Source: Treponema sp. (GTDB lineage: Bacteria > Spirochaetota > Spirochaetia > Treponematales > Rectinemataceae). From it: a stretch of DNA of 34,413 nucleotides. Shown one piece after another: positions 25,568 through 34,148 of the stretch. The DNA lies in the NCBI GenBank assembly GCA_017849315.1, contig JAFIHQ010000105.1, positions 1 to 34,413 on the forward strand, given 5' to 3'. The notes below the pieces were generated by a model. That model was not told the DNA's origin and searched no databases. It worked only from the letters and a program-made list of their open reading frames with translations. Each line of letters starts with the position of its first letter. Within the stretch, counting starts at the first letter, position 1. Both the position numbers and the translations under genes were made by a program.

Positions 25568-26695
25568 ATGAGCAGCACAATTTCAAGTCCTTTTGTAACT
25601 TCAGATCCGCTAAGTCCTTTACGAAATCCGTCAAAAAAAATACCCGTCGCAATTCTGGGCGCTACAGGCGTCGTAGGACAACGTTTCTTGCGGCGTATTG
25701 CCGCGCACCCGTGGTTCTACCCCGCATTCCTTGCGGCAAGCGACCGCTCTGCAGGCAAACGTTACGCGGATGCCTGCCAATGGCACCTCGGCGGAACACC
25801 CTACGCAGGCTTTGGCGACACAGTTGTCGTTCCGTGTACGCCGGAAGCGGCATTTGCCCCGATTGTGTTCTCCGCCCTCGATGCGGGCCCTGCCTTCGAA
25901 ATCGAACCTCAGTTTGCCGCTGCAGGCGCCTATGTGTTTTCAAATGCCAGCGCCTTCAGAATGGATGCAGACGTGCCCCTTCTCATCCCGGAACTCAACC
26001 CCGAGCACCTTGGGCTCATTGCTACACAACAACAAAACCGAGGCTGGCACGGCGCGATTGTCACAAACCCCAACTGCACAACCGTGATGCTCGCCTGTCC
26101 ACTTGCGGCGCTCCAGGAGGCTTTTGGCCTGGAAGCGGTTATGGTGACGAGCATGCAGGCCATAAGCGGCGCAGGATACCCTGGCGTGCCGGCCCTCGAC
26201 ATTGTGAGCAACGTCATTCCTTTTATCCGCAACGAAGAGCCTAAGGTCGAATCCGAATCCAACAAGATTCTCGGGACGCTTACATCGCCTGCGCCGTTCA
26301 CTGTGTCCGCTACCTGCACGCGGGTCCCCGTCGTGGAAGGGCACACGCTCTCCGTGTCGGTCAGGCTCGCCACAAAAGCTCCGCTTGAGGAGGTTGCGCG
26401 CGCACTTACAGGCTTCAAACCAAAGACCGCCAAATATGCGCTCCCGAGCGCTCCAGAAAAATTCATGGTTTTGACCGAAGAAGAGAATCGACCACAGCCG
26501 CGCAAAGATGCCGAAGAAGACGGCGGCATGCGCATCACCGTAGGAAGGCTGCGCCCCTGCCCTATCTTGGACTACAAGTTCATTTCGCTGGGGCATAACA
26601 CCGAGCGGGGCGCCGCGGGTGCATCGGTGCTCAATGCGGAGATGGCGCTCGCCATGGGTATGCTTCCCGGGATCGAAGTGGGAGCCGTGCAATGA
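25568..26695 (+). CDS. asd: Aspartate-semialdehyde dehydrogenase
   Basis: AILGATGVVGQRF, NPNCTT (active-site Cys) and SGAGYPG motifs. AAGGAGAGG SD. Has an N-terminal extension of about 23 aa before the Rossmann motif. Confidence 0.9.
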   Translation: MSSTISSPFVTSDPLSPLRNPSKKIPVAILGATGVVGQRFLRRIAAHPWFYPAFLAASDRSAGKRYADACQWHLGGTPYAGFGDTVVVPCTPEAAFAPIVFSALDAGPAFEIEPQFAAAGAYVFSNASAFRMDADVPLLIPELNPEHLGLIATQQQNRGWHGAIVTNPNCTTVMLACPLAALQEAFGLEAVMVTSMQAISGAGYPGVPALDIVSNVIPFIRNEEPKVESESNKILGTLTSPAPFTVSATCTRVPVVEGHTLSVSVRLATKAPLEEVARALTGFKPKTAKYALPSAPEKFMVLTEEENRPQPRKDAEEDGGMRITVGRLRPCPILDYKFISLGHNTERGAAGASVLNAEMALAMGMLPGIEVGAVQ

Positions 26696-28038
26696 ACATC
26701 GTCGTCATGAAGTTCGGCGGAACGTCCGTCGGAAGCGCAGAAAGCATACGGGATGTTGCACACATCGTCGATTTACGGAAAGGCTTCAAACGCATCGTCG
26801 TGGTGTCCGCATTGGCAGGCGTCACAAACTCGCTTTTTGAAATTGCGGCTGCCGCAAAAGGGCACAACCTGGGCCGCGCCGAGCAAATCCTGGAGGCCCT
26901 GGAAAAACGGCATGCGGACACAGCCACTGAGCTCGGTATTGAGGCGCCTCAGGTAATGGCAGCTATCCACGAGATCCTTGAAAACGTACACAAGCTTGCC
27001 CGGGGCGTCGATTTATTGGGTGAGCTGAGCCCACGCACTATGGACGAGATTGCCTCGGCAGGCGAACGAATGTCCTCGATTCTTGTTGCATCCTTTTTGC
27101 GGTGCCCGCTTCTCGATGCGCGGACCGTAATGAAGACCGACAGCCACTTTGGAAGCGCCCGCCCCAAAATGCCGGCAATCAAAAAAGCGGCAGCGCTTCA
27201 GCTCGAACCCCTGCTTCAATCTGGCGATCTCATTGTTACACAAGGATATATCGGATCAGATGATGCTGGTGATACCACGACACTTGGCCGCGGTGGATCG
27301 GATTTTTCGGCAGGGATTTTGGGCGCTGCGGTTGGAGTGTCCGAAATCGAAATCTGGACGGACGTTGAGGGGATTCTGACGGCGGACCCGCGGATCGTAC
27401 CGTCCGCGAGGACTGTCGAGATATTGAGTTACGACGAGGCTGCGGAGCTTGCCTCCTACGGCGCCAAGGTGCTCCACCCAGCCACCGTGCGTCCGGCGTT
27501 GGATGCCGGGATTCCCGTCACCATCAGGAGTACCTTCAAGCCGGACGGGAAGCACTCGACCATAAGTCCGGGGCAGTCGAGTGGCAGGCCCTGCGTAGCC
27601 ATCGCGATGCGCAGAAATGTCGCGATTGTCTCGATAACCCAGGAGACCATGACCGAACAGGCAGGGTTCCTCGCACGGCTCTTCGATGTGTTTGGGCGAA
27701 GAGGCATTTCGGTGGACCTTGTGTCGACGTCGGAAATATCGGTTTCGGTTTCTTTGGATGCGGGCGCACCGCTCGATGCCCTTGGCCAGGATTTGGCAAA
27801 GCTCGGCACGGTGTCCATTGCAAAGGACCGGGCGGTGATCGCAGTGGTGGGCGATCTTTTGCGCAAGACGCCAGAAGTGCTCAAGACGAGCTTCGACGCC
27901 ATCGACCATATTCCCGTGGACCTGATCAGCATGGGCGCAAACGCGGTCAATTTGAGTTTTATCGTGCAGGAAAAGGACGCCGAGCGCGTTGTGCGAAACC
28001 TTCACGAGGCTTTTTTTGAAAAGTCAGAGAACGCCTAA
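26692..28038 (+). CDS. lysC: Aspartate kinase (with C-terminal ACT domains)
   Basis: MNIVVMKFGGTSVGS..., GYIG....G...TLGRGGSD.SA, WTDV.GI.TADPRIV, AKVLHP. ATGA overlap with asd. Confidence 0.95.
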   Translation: MNIVVMKFGGTSVGSAESIRDVAHIVDLRKGFKRIVVVSALAGVTNSLFEIAAAAKGHNLGRAEQILEALEKRHADTATELGIEAPQVMAAIHEILENVHKLARGVDLLGELSPRTMDEIASAGERMSSILVASFLRCPLLDARTVMKTDSHFGSARPKMPAIKKAAALQLEPLLQSGDLIVTQGYIGSDDAGDTTTLGRGGSDFSAGILGAAVGVSEIEIWTDVEGILTADPRIVPSARTVEILSYDEAAELASYGAKVLHPATVRPALDAGIPVTIRSTFKPDGKHSTISPGQSSGRPCVAIAMRRNVAIVSITQETMTEQAGFLARLFDVFGRRGISVDLVSTSEISVSVSLDAGAPLDALGQDLAKLGTVSIAKDRAVIAVVGDLLRKTPEVLKTSFDAIDHIPVDLISMGANAVNLSFIVQEKDAERVVRNLHEAFFEKSENA

Positions 28039-28076
28039 CCCGTTGGCGGCACTCAATAAAGAAAAGGAGGTGTACG

Positions 28077-28940
28077 ATGAGCATAGACACGATAATGAAC
28101 AGTGTATCGGCCAACGCGGCGACGACTAAAGATGCAAAGCCGAGCCGAGTTCCTACCCTGAGAATCGGGATTTTTGGCGCTGGCAAACTTGCAAACGCGA
28201 TTGTTGAGGAAGTAAAAGCGGTAAATACAGCAAGAGCGGCGGATGCAGCAAAAACTGTAAGTGCAGATGAAGGGAACACAGAATGCGGGCCGCGATTTTC
28301 CATCGAGTGGATGGTCGATTCAGGGGATGCAATTCCAGAAGCACCTGTCGATGTCGCGATCGACGCGAGCGTTGCAGGCGCCGTGGAAGCTCATCTTTCC
28401 TGGGCGATCGAACACGAGGTGCCATTTCTCATTGCCACGACAGGGTGGGAAATACCGGACCTTGCATCGCGCGTGGGGGATAGAACTGCGGTACTGGTAA
28501 GCCCGAATTTTTCGTTCGCCGTAGCCTTTATGCGTAAGATCGCCTCGCAACTTGCGCGCTTTGCGGACTGGTACGGCGAGGGCGACATCGGGATATACGA
28601 ACATCACCACAATGCAAAGCTCGATGCACCGAGCGGGACGGCCAAGGTGCTCGCCAAGGCTGTGATTGCAGGCTCTAAGCGATACTCGGACTGGAACCAG
28701 TCCGGAAAGGAGCCTTGGGTACATGACAAAGTACCGATAGCGTCGTTGCGCGCCGGCAGCGAGGCGGGGATGCACGAGATTGTGTTCGACGCGCCGCACG
28801 AACAGATGGAGGTGGTACACAGGGCGCGGGACAGGCGGGTGTTTGCGGCCGGCGCGCTCAAGGCGGCGGCCTGGATTGTAGGCCGAAAAGGGCTTTTCGG
28901 GATGGACGACGTGCTTGCAAGCCTGTTCGACGAGGGCTAA
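28077..28940 (+). CDS. dapB: 4-hydroxy-tetrahydrodipicolinate reductase
   Basis: AAGGAGG SD. IGIFGAGKLA Rossmann motif, SPNFS, and EHHHNAKLDAPSGTA signature. N-terminal extension of about 25 aa. Confidence 0.85.
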   Translation: MSIDTIMNSVSANAATTKDAKPSRVPTLRIGIFGAGKLANAIVEEVKAVNTARAADAAKTVSADEGNTECGPRFSIEWMVDSGDAIPEAPVDVAIDASVAGAVEAHLSWAIEHEVPFLIATTGWEIPDLASRVGDRTAVLVSPNFSFAVAFMRKIASQLARFADWYGEGDIGIYEHHHNAKLDAPSGTAKVLAKAVIAGSKRYSDWNQSGKEPWVHDKVPIASLRAGSEAGMHEIVFDAPHEQMEVVHRARDRRVFAAGALKAAAWIVGRKGLFGMDDVLASLFDEG

Positions 28941-29052
28941 GGCGACAGGAGCTAAGACGACAAAGCGCTAGATTGTGACATGATGAGATGACACGATGCC
29001 ACAATAGACTAGAGGATTTAGGAAAGGATTTAGAGGATTCAGGGAGGAATTT

Positions 29053-30084
29053 ATGACACAGAACACGACACAGAATATTCAGGGGCTTGGCATTGCCATT
29101 GCGACGCCTTTTGACGACGAGGGGCGCGTCGACTGTGCGGCATTCGAGCGCCTGCTCGATTTTCAATGTGGAAGGAGCTTTGAAACTTCCGCTGCCGAAT
29201 ATGCCAATGAGGCTTTCTCAAAAGAAACAGAGCGTGCCTCTTTCAGGCGCTTTTGGGAGAATGAGTCAGGAGGCGCCAATTTTATCGTTGTGTTGGGATC
29301 AACAGGAGAAGGCCCCACAGTCGAACCCGAGGAGCGGCGAGAGCTTGTGAGGCGCGCCGTCGCGCGGAAGCTCGGCGTTCCGATCGTCGTTGGTACGGGC
29401 TCCAACTCCACCAAGGCAGCCGTGCACCTCACCGAGGAAGCCGTCGATCTCGGTGCCGATGCTGTGCTCTCCGTGGTTCCCTTCTACAACAAGCCGACAC
29501 CCGAGGGGCTTTGGCTGCATTTTAACGCGGTGGCCAAAGCGGCGCGCGGCAAACCGGTTATCATCTACAACGTTCCCGGAAGGACAGGTCTCAACCTCAC
29601 CCCGGCCGTGCTCAATCGACTCTGGAATATCGAGAATCTTGTGGCGGTAAAGGAGTCTTCTGGCAACCTTGGGCAGATAAGCGAAATCTGCAGAACGCTC
29701 CCCGAAGGAAAGACAGTCTTGTCGGGAGACGATGGCCTTGCGCTGCCGTCCATTGCGGTTGGTGCGGAAGGGCTCGTAAGCGTGGCCGCGAATGTTTTGC
29801 CCCGGCGTTTCAGGGCGCTCGTGGATGCGGCCCGCGATGGGCGCCGCCAGGACGCCGCCAGGCTCAACAATGAGCTCTTGCCCTTCATGGGCGAACTTTT
29901 TGTCGAGTCCAACCCCATCCCCTTAAAAGCGGCTTTGAAGCTCACCGGCTTGTGCGGCGATGCTCTGCGCCTGCCGCTTGCGCCTGCAAGCGCCTCGACG
30001 CGCGATGTCATGAAGGGCGTCCTGGCGGCGCTCGGTGTCGAGTTACCGGGCGTGCAGGCTCTCGATTCCCAGGTGACGCGATGA
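29053..30084 (+). CDS. dapA: 4-hydroxy-tetrahydrodipicolinate synthase (with a lineage-specific insertion of about 30 aa)
   Basis: GIAIATPF, GSTGEG, YNKPT, IYNVPGRTG, AVKESSG (Schiff-base Lys), NPIP.K. Extra segment CGRSFETSAAEYANEAFSKETERASFRRFWENE relative to my recollection of E. coli DapA. Confidence 0.9.
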   Translation: MTQNTTQNIQGLGIAIATPFDDEGRVDCAAFERLLDFQCGRSFETSAAEYANEAFSKETERASFRRFWENESGGANFIVVLGSTGEGPTVEPEERRELVRRAVARKLGVPIVVGTGSNSTKAAVHLTEEAVDLGADAVLSVVPFYNKPTPEGLWLHFNAVAKAARGKPVIIYNVPGRTGLNLTPAVLNRLWNIENLVAVKESSGNLGQISEICRTLPEGKTVLSGDDGLALPSIAVGAEGLVSVAANVLPRRFRALVDAARDGRRQDAARLNNELLPFMGELFVESNPIPLKAALKLTGLCGDALRLPLAPASASTRDVMKGVLAALGVELPGVQALDSQVTR

Positions 30085-30923
30085 GGGCGAAGAAAGCGAT
30101 GGACACGACGAATGTGGCGGGCGCACTTGCCACACAATTGGAACGCGAATTCACGCTTCACGGCAGCTTTGACGAGACGCAATGGGCTGCCTTTCTGGAT
30201 GCGCTCGAATCCGGTGAGATCGTCGTCGTAGAGTGCGGGACCGATAATCAATGGCGCGTGAATGCCTGGGTAAAGGCCGCCATCCTGTCGGGCTTCAAAA
30301 AAGGGGGCCTGCGTGAGCTCCCTTCTTTTGGTGCAGGTTTTTTTGACCGACCCGCTTTCCCGCCTCGCCAATTTTCGCTGCAGGACGAAGTGCGGATCGT
30401 GCCTGGCGGAAGCTCTGTGCGCCGTGGAAGCCATGTGGCCGCCGGCGTTGTCATTATGCCGCCCTCGTACATCAATGTAGGAGCCTATGTCGACGAAGGC
30501 ACCATGGTCGACAGCCATGTGCTTGTCGGCTCGTGCGCGCACATCGGCAAGAACGTGCACCTTTCAGCAGGCGTTCAAATAGGCGGCGTTCTGGAACCGC
30601 CCCAAGCGGGCCCCGTCATTATCGAGGACGAAGTATTTATTGGGGGTATGTGCGGCGTTTTTGAGGGAATTGTCGTCAGGCGGCGCGCAGTCCTTGCCCC
30701 GGGCGTCATCCTCACCAAAGGCACCAGAATATACGACCTCGTCCGTGAACGCGAATATTCCGGCGAAGTCCCCGAAAACGCCGTCGTTGTCCCCGGCGCA
30801 AGGCCTGCGCGCGGCAACTACGCAAAGGAAGCGGGCATTTCTTTGAGCACCCCTTGTATCGTAAAATATCGCGACCAAAAAACCGAAAGCGGCGTCGCGC
30901 TGGAAGCGGCGCTTCGCGGGTAG
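30081..30923 (+). CDS. dapD: 2,3,4,5-tetrahydropyridine-2,6-dicarboxylate N-acyl(succinyl)transferase
   Basis: Hexapeptide-repeat core PPSYINVGAYVDEGTMVDSHVLVGSCAHIGKNVHLSAGVQIGGVLEPPQAGPVIIED is near-identical in pattern to E. coli DapD. The start at ATG 30081 overlaps the dapA stop (ATGA); the ORF-track start at 29952 is upstream in-frame read-through. Confidence 0.9.
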   Translation: MRAKKAMDTTNVAGALATQLEREFTLHGSFDETQWAAFLDALESGEIVVVECGTDNQWRVNAWVKAAILSGFKKGGLRELPSFGAGFFDRPAFPPRQFSLQDEVRIVPGGSSVRRGSHVAAGVVIMPPSYINVGAYVDEGTMVDSHVLVGSCAHIGKNVHLSAGVQIGGVLEPPQAGPVIIEDEVFIGGMCGVFEGIVVRRRAVLAPGVILTKGTRIYDLVREREYSGEVPENAVVVPGARPARGNYAKEAGISLSTPCIVKYRDQKTESGVALEAALRG

Positions 30924-30980
30924 CTTGGTCGGGTAGCGCTTCGCGGGTAGCTTGGTCGGGTAGCGCTTCGCGGGTAGCTC
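30909..30980. repeat. 27-bp tandem repeat (about 2.6 copies) spanning the dapD stop codon
   Basis: GCGCTTCGCGGGTAGCTTGGTCGGGTA at 30909-30935 and 30936-30962 (identical copies), plus a partial third copy at 30963-30980. Each unit re-encodes ALRG-stop. Confidence 0.95.
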
Positions 30981-31036
30981 GGGTGGCTCAGACGGGGTAG
31001 CGCGGGCGGGATAAGTGCGGGCGGAGGGGAATCACA

Positions 31037-31384
31037 GTGAAGGTACTCGTCGGCAGTGAATTCGACATCAAGAACCACTTTATAGACTCGTTTACGCATG
31101 GGGCTAGAACCTACGTTGTCTATTCCAACCGGAACAGAATCTACGTTTTCGATTCAAAATGCCCCCACGCCAACGGCGATTTGCGCGCTGCGTCCTACGA
31201 CGGCGGTTTTGTCGTCTGCCCCAGCCACGGTTTGCGGTTCAGCCTGAAAAATGGTGAGGTCGACACGAACGAAATCGAGGACGATTTTATGAAGAGCATT
31301 CTTGCCAAAGGCGTAGATAAGATGCGACTCAAACTCTTGCAAGTAACTATAGAGAAAGGAAATGTCTACGTCGAGCTCGACTAA
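31037..31384 (+). CDS. Small Rieske [2Fe-2S] domain protein
   Basis: CPHANGDL...VVCPSHGLRF gives the CxH...CxxH Rieske ligands. GTG start with a GGAGGGG SD 7 nt upstream. Its stop overlaps the stop of the convergent PNPOx gene (CTAA, 31381-31384). Confidence 0.7.
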   Translation: MKVLVGSEFDIKNHFIDSFTHGARTYVVYSNRNRIYVFDSKCPHANGDLRAASYDGGFVVCPSHGLRFSLKNGEVDTNEIEDDFMKSILAKGVDKMRLKLLQVTIEKGNVYVELD

Positions 31385-31914
31385 CCTGCCTGGTCTGCAT
31401 GCTCTGCTTGCCCCGCCTCGCCCGCCTGCCTTGCCTTTGCAAGCTCTTTGGCTTCTTTCCCTGTCATGTGTTCGATCGACATTTCGATAATGCAGACCCT
31501 GTCGAACGATTGGTTTATCGTACTGTCGCGCCCCTGCGCGTCGTCGCCAGGCGAATACTTTACAGCGAGCGCCTCGAGCGCCTGCCGTTTTTCTTTTTCG
31601 TCGGTCAAAATGCGGGCCCGGCCAAAAGCAATGACACTTCGAAAGTAGGTTGTGTACTCTTCCGGTACGACCCGATCCTGATCGATAACACAGAACGAGA
31701 CCTTGTCGTTGCGGGTAATCGCGTCGATCTTGTGGCCCACAAGGGCGCTGTGGAAGTACAGTTTTGAATCGACATATACATAGCTTACGGGCACCGCATA
31801 CGGATAACCGTCGTCGCCCGCCACAGCCAGTACTCCTGCACTGTTTTTTTCCAAAATCGCCACGCATTCCTCTGCCGGAAGCGCCTGTTTGAAGCGCCGC
31901 ATCTCTCTGAACAT
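31381..31914 (-). CDS. Pyridoxamine 5'-phosphate oxidase-family flavoprotein (NimA-like)
   Basis: MFREMRRFKQALPAEECVAILEKNSAGVLAV.GDDGYPYAVPVSYVY.D.KLYFHSA..GHK.D.I is typical of Pyridox_ox_2/Nim proteins. Start set to ATG 31914 rather than 31965. Q/A/E-rich C-terminal tail. Confidence 0.8.
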   Translation of the reverse strand: MFREMRRFKQALPAEECVAILEKNSAGVLAVAGDDGYPYAVPVSYVYVDSKLYFHSALVGHKIDAITRNDKVSFCVIDQDRVVPEEYTTYFRSVIAFGRARILTDEKEKRQALEALAVKYSPGDDAQGRDSTINQSFDRVCIIEMSIEHMTGKEAKELAKARQAGEAGQAEHADQAG

Positions 31915-32113
31915 AAAAATCCTCTCTTGCGAACCCACTACAACTGGAGCCCCGCCAGCCCGCAACTTTGGAGCAGTCCCCAGGCAATTTCTAAGTTCAA
32001 TGTGCCAATTATAGGAGCCTCAACTACGTTGTCAACCAAGAACCGCCGACTATATACTCGTTATCTCATGCAAGCACTCGCCTCCCGTACCAGTCTCAGT
32101 TAGGAGGGTTCTC

Positions 32114-32638
32114 ATGGAATCCGTGTTTAATTGCATCGTCAATCGCAGAAGCGTTCGAAGCTACAACTCGCAGACCGTGGACAAGGCGACGATAGAGAAG
32201 CTCCTCACAGCCGCATCTTACGCCCCTTCCGCAGCAAACATGCAGCCCTGGCGATTCGTGGTTATTCAGGACGACAAAGGGCTCAAAGACAAGGTAGCAT
32301 CGCTCTCGGTCTACACCCAATGGGTCAAAACGGCGCCCTGCCTCATCCTCGTCTATTTGGACAAAAACACCTTGAGCGACCGCGTCTTCAACTGCGATCT
32401 GAAACACAAGCAGGTGATTGGTTCGGCGATTCAGAATATCCTTCTTGCCGCACGCGAACTGCAGCTCGGCACCTGCTGGATCGGTGAAATTCTAAAACAC
32501 GAGAAAGAAGTAAACGCCCTGCTCGAGCTGCCGGATAATCTCGAGCTCATGGCGATGATCACGGTGGGTTACACGCAAGCGCTGGACGGCATTGGTAAAC
32601 GGGAACCGCTCGATAAGCTCGTGGCAAAATGGCTTTAG
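32114..32638 (+). CDS. Nitroreductase-family protein
   Basis: RRSVRSY......I.KLL.AA..APSAANMQPWRFVVI and CWIG motifs. AGGAGGG SD. Confidence 0.85.
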   Translation: MESVFNCIVNRRSVRSYNSQTVDKATIEKLLTAASYAPSAANMQPWRFVVIQDDKGLKDKVASLSVYTQWVKTAPCLILVYLDKNTLSDRVFNCDLKHKQVIGSAIQNILLAARELQLGTCWIGEILKHEKEVNALLELPDNLELMAMITVGYTQALDGIGKREPLDKLVAKWL

Positions 32639-32748
32639 GCCGATAAAGCGGGTTTGCCACGCCAGCCGACCGTATAGCCGTCAGTCTGCACTGAAGATCC
32701 GCTTATGCCTATCGCGATTGCACATGCGAGATCCTGACATTGATAGCT

Positions 32749-32772
32749 ATGTCGCACAACGCGACATTTTTA
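32749..32772 (+). terminator. Intrinsic terminator downstream of the nitroreductase gene
   Basis: ATGTCGC (32749-32755) / GCGACAT (32761-32767), 5-nt loop, followed by TTTTTAT. Confidence 0.55.
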
Positions 32773-32926
32773 TTCGGAACTTTCCTTGAATTATCTACAA
32801 AACACTTTACGATTAAGAATTATCGACCTATACTTAGTCTATTGTTTTGGCCCCAACAAGCCGACACGGGCTTTTAGTATTTCTTAAGCTGCTGCCCTGC
32901 CCCGCACGCAGCAAGGACCGGCAACC

Positions 32927-34114
32927 ATGACGCACAGAGTAGTCTGGCTTCCTCTGGAAGTGGTAATTCTGGTAATCGCCGGAATTGTGGTGCTGACAAC
33001 CGGTGTTCTGCTCTTCCCAGTCTACCAGGGGGCGCTGCCTTACTTCGAAAATGGCCTCTATGGCTTACTTCTTATCATTTTTGCGCTTCAAACAATGACG
33101 CTCGGCAGGACACCATTCGGCGATCTATCCAGATCGAAACTCGTCCTCGCGCTCGGGCTTATCGTGGCGTCAGTCGGCATGGTGAGCTGTCTCGTTCCAA
33201 TTCCGATCGCGCTCCCCCGCATTTTGCTTTTCATCTGTTTTGGCCCTGGAGGGCTCTCACTTTTTCTGCAACTCATCTTTGCCGAAGATAAATCGAAGCG
33301 TTGGGCGAAATATGGTGGCATTTTTAGACAGCTGATCTATGCATGTGGTTCAGTTTATGTGCTCTCAATGGCCATCGCGGCGCTGCTTTTTAATCAGCGG
33401 CTCCTGACGACTCCTATGACCGCTATAGCGACCATAGTTTTCGGTCTGGCGATCTGTTATCTTGCCGCCGTCCTTCTCAGAATCGATCGGGCGTATCCCG
33501 ACTCCGCAAAAGTGCCCGACGACAAGGTCAAGCTGTCTACCGAACAGGTGATGATACTTTTTACGAGCATTTTTATGGTCATTATCGGTATCGTCCTGAT
33601 TCCGGTCAATTTGGGAATCCTGCCTTTTTCTGCCAACGCGCAGTTGGGCGTTCTCATGATCATCTTTTCCATTCAAATGCTCGCCTTTGGGAACACACCG
33701 GTCGGTGTCTTTCCGCGGACTTGGCTTGTACTCGCCTTTGGACTAGTCTTCGCCTTATTGGGCGCCGTGTCCTGTATCATCCCGCACCTTCTAGTGGCCT
33801 TTCTCACAACGCTTGTCGGCACCCTCAACATTTTGGGTGGAGTAATTTCCCTTGTGAAAATGGTCCTGGCTCGAGACGGGCACGCAAACAAACCGCGGGA
33901 AACTGTTCCGCCAATACTTACCAGGCTTTTTGTAACACAGCTCACGCTCAGCCTCCTCCAAACTCTATTTGGTACGTCGATGCTTGTTCCAGGTGTAGTG
34001 CCAGGTCTCGTTATCGGTGTGATCCTTGCAGCAAATGGCTGTGTACTTCTTTATCTTCTTCATGTCTTACGTTTGCTGGATACGCTGCGCAGCGGTACAG
34101 AAGGTGCCAAATAG
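32927..34114 (+). CDS. Polytopic membrane protein of unknown function, made of two homologous halves
   Basis: 395 aa with about 12 hydrophobic helices. Residues 27-92 and 222-287 align clearly (see findings). I recognise no family. Confidence 0.7.
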   Translation: MTHRVVWLPLEVVILVIAGIVVLTTGVLLFPVYQGALPYFENGLYGLLLIIFALQTMTLGRTPFGDLSRSKLVLALGLIVASVGMVSCLVPIPIALPRILLFICFGPGGLSLFLQLIFAEDKSKRWAKYGGIFRQLIYACGSVYVLSMAIAALLFNQRLLTTPMTAIATIVFGLAICYLAAVLLRIDRAYPDSAKVPDDKVKLSTEQVMILFTSIFMVIIGIVLIPVNLGILPFSANAQLGVLMIIFSIQMLAFGNTPVGVFPRTWLVLAFGLVFALLGAVSCIIPHLLVAFLTTLVGTLNILGGVISLVKMVLARDGHANKPRETVPPILTRLFVTQLTLSLLQTLFGTSMLVPGVVPGLVIGVILAANGCVLLYLLHVLRLLDTLRSGTEGAK

Positions 34115-34148
34115 TTTTTCATAGTTCTTCCAGACAAGGAGGTTCTGA

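Noticed and set aside
25447-26692. Long overlapping ORFs 25447..26244 (+), 25698..26087 (+), 25930..26538 (-) and 25940..26692 (-) across asd
   Set aside because: All are alternative-frame or antisense to asd, which has diagnostic motifs (NPNCTT, SGAGYPG) and a good SD. Their products are Arg/Cys/Pro-rich nonsense.
27256-30560. Antisense ORFs 27256..28005 (-), 27456..27950 (-), 28320..28820 (-) and 29565..30560 (-) over lysC, dapB, dapA and dapD
   Set aside because: They sit opposite genes with unambiguous homology. They have no SDs and low-complexity Arg/His/Pro-rich translations.
30909-30980. Possible CRISPR array (repeats of 27 bp)
   Set aside because: The repeats are directly contiguous with no spacers, there are only about 2.6 copies, they overlap a coding 3' end, and no cas genes are present.
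30818-31099. 93-aa minus-strand ORF with the repeated peptide SYPRSATRP
   Set aside because: The peptide repeat is just the reverse-frame translation of the 27-bp DNA tandem repeat. The ORF overlaps dapD and the Rieske gene start.
31154-31987. 277-aa minus-strand ORF overlapping both the Rieske and PNPOx genes
   Set aside because: It is an alternative frame of the PNPOx gene (31381-31914), which has a clear family match. The translation is Arg/Gly/Cys-rich with no motifs.
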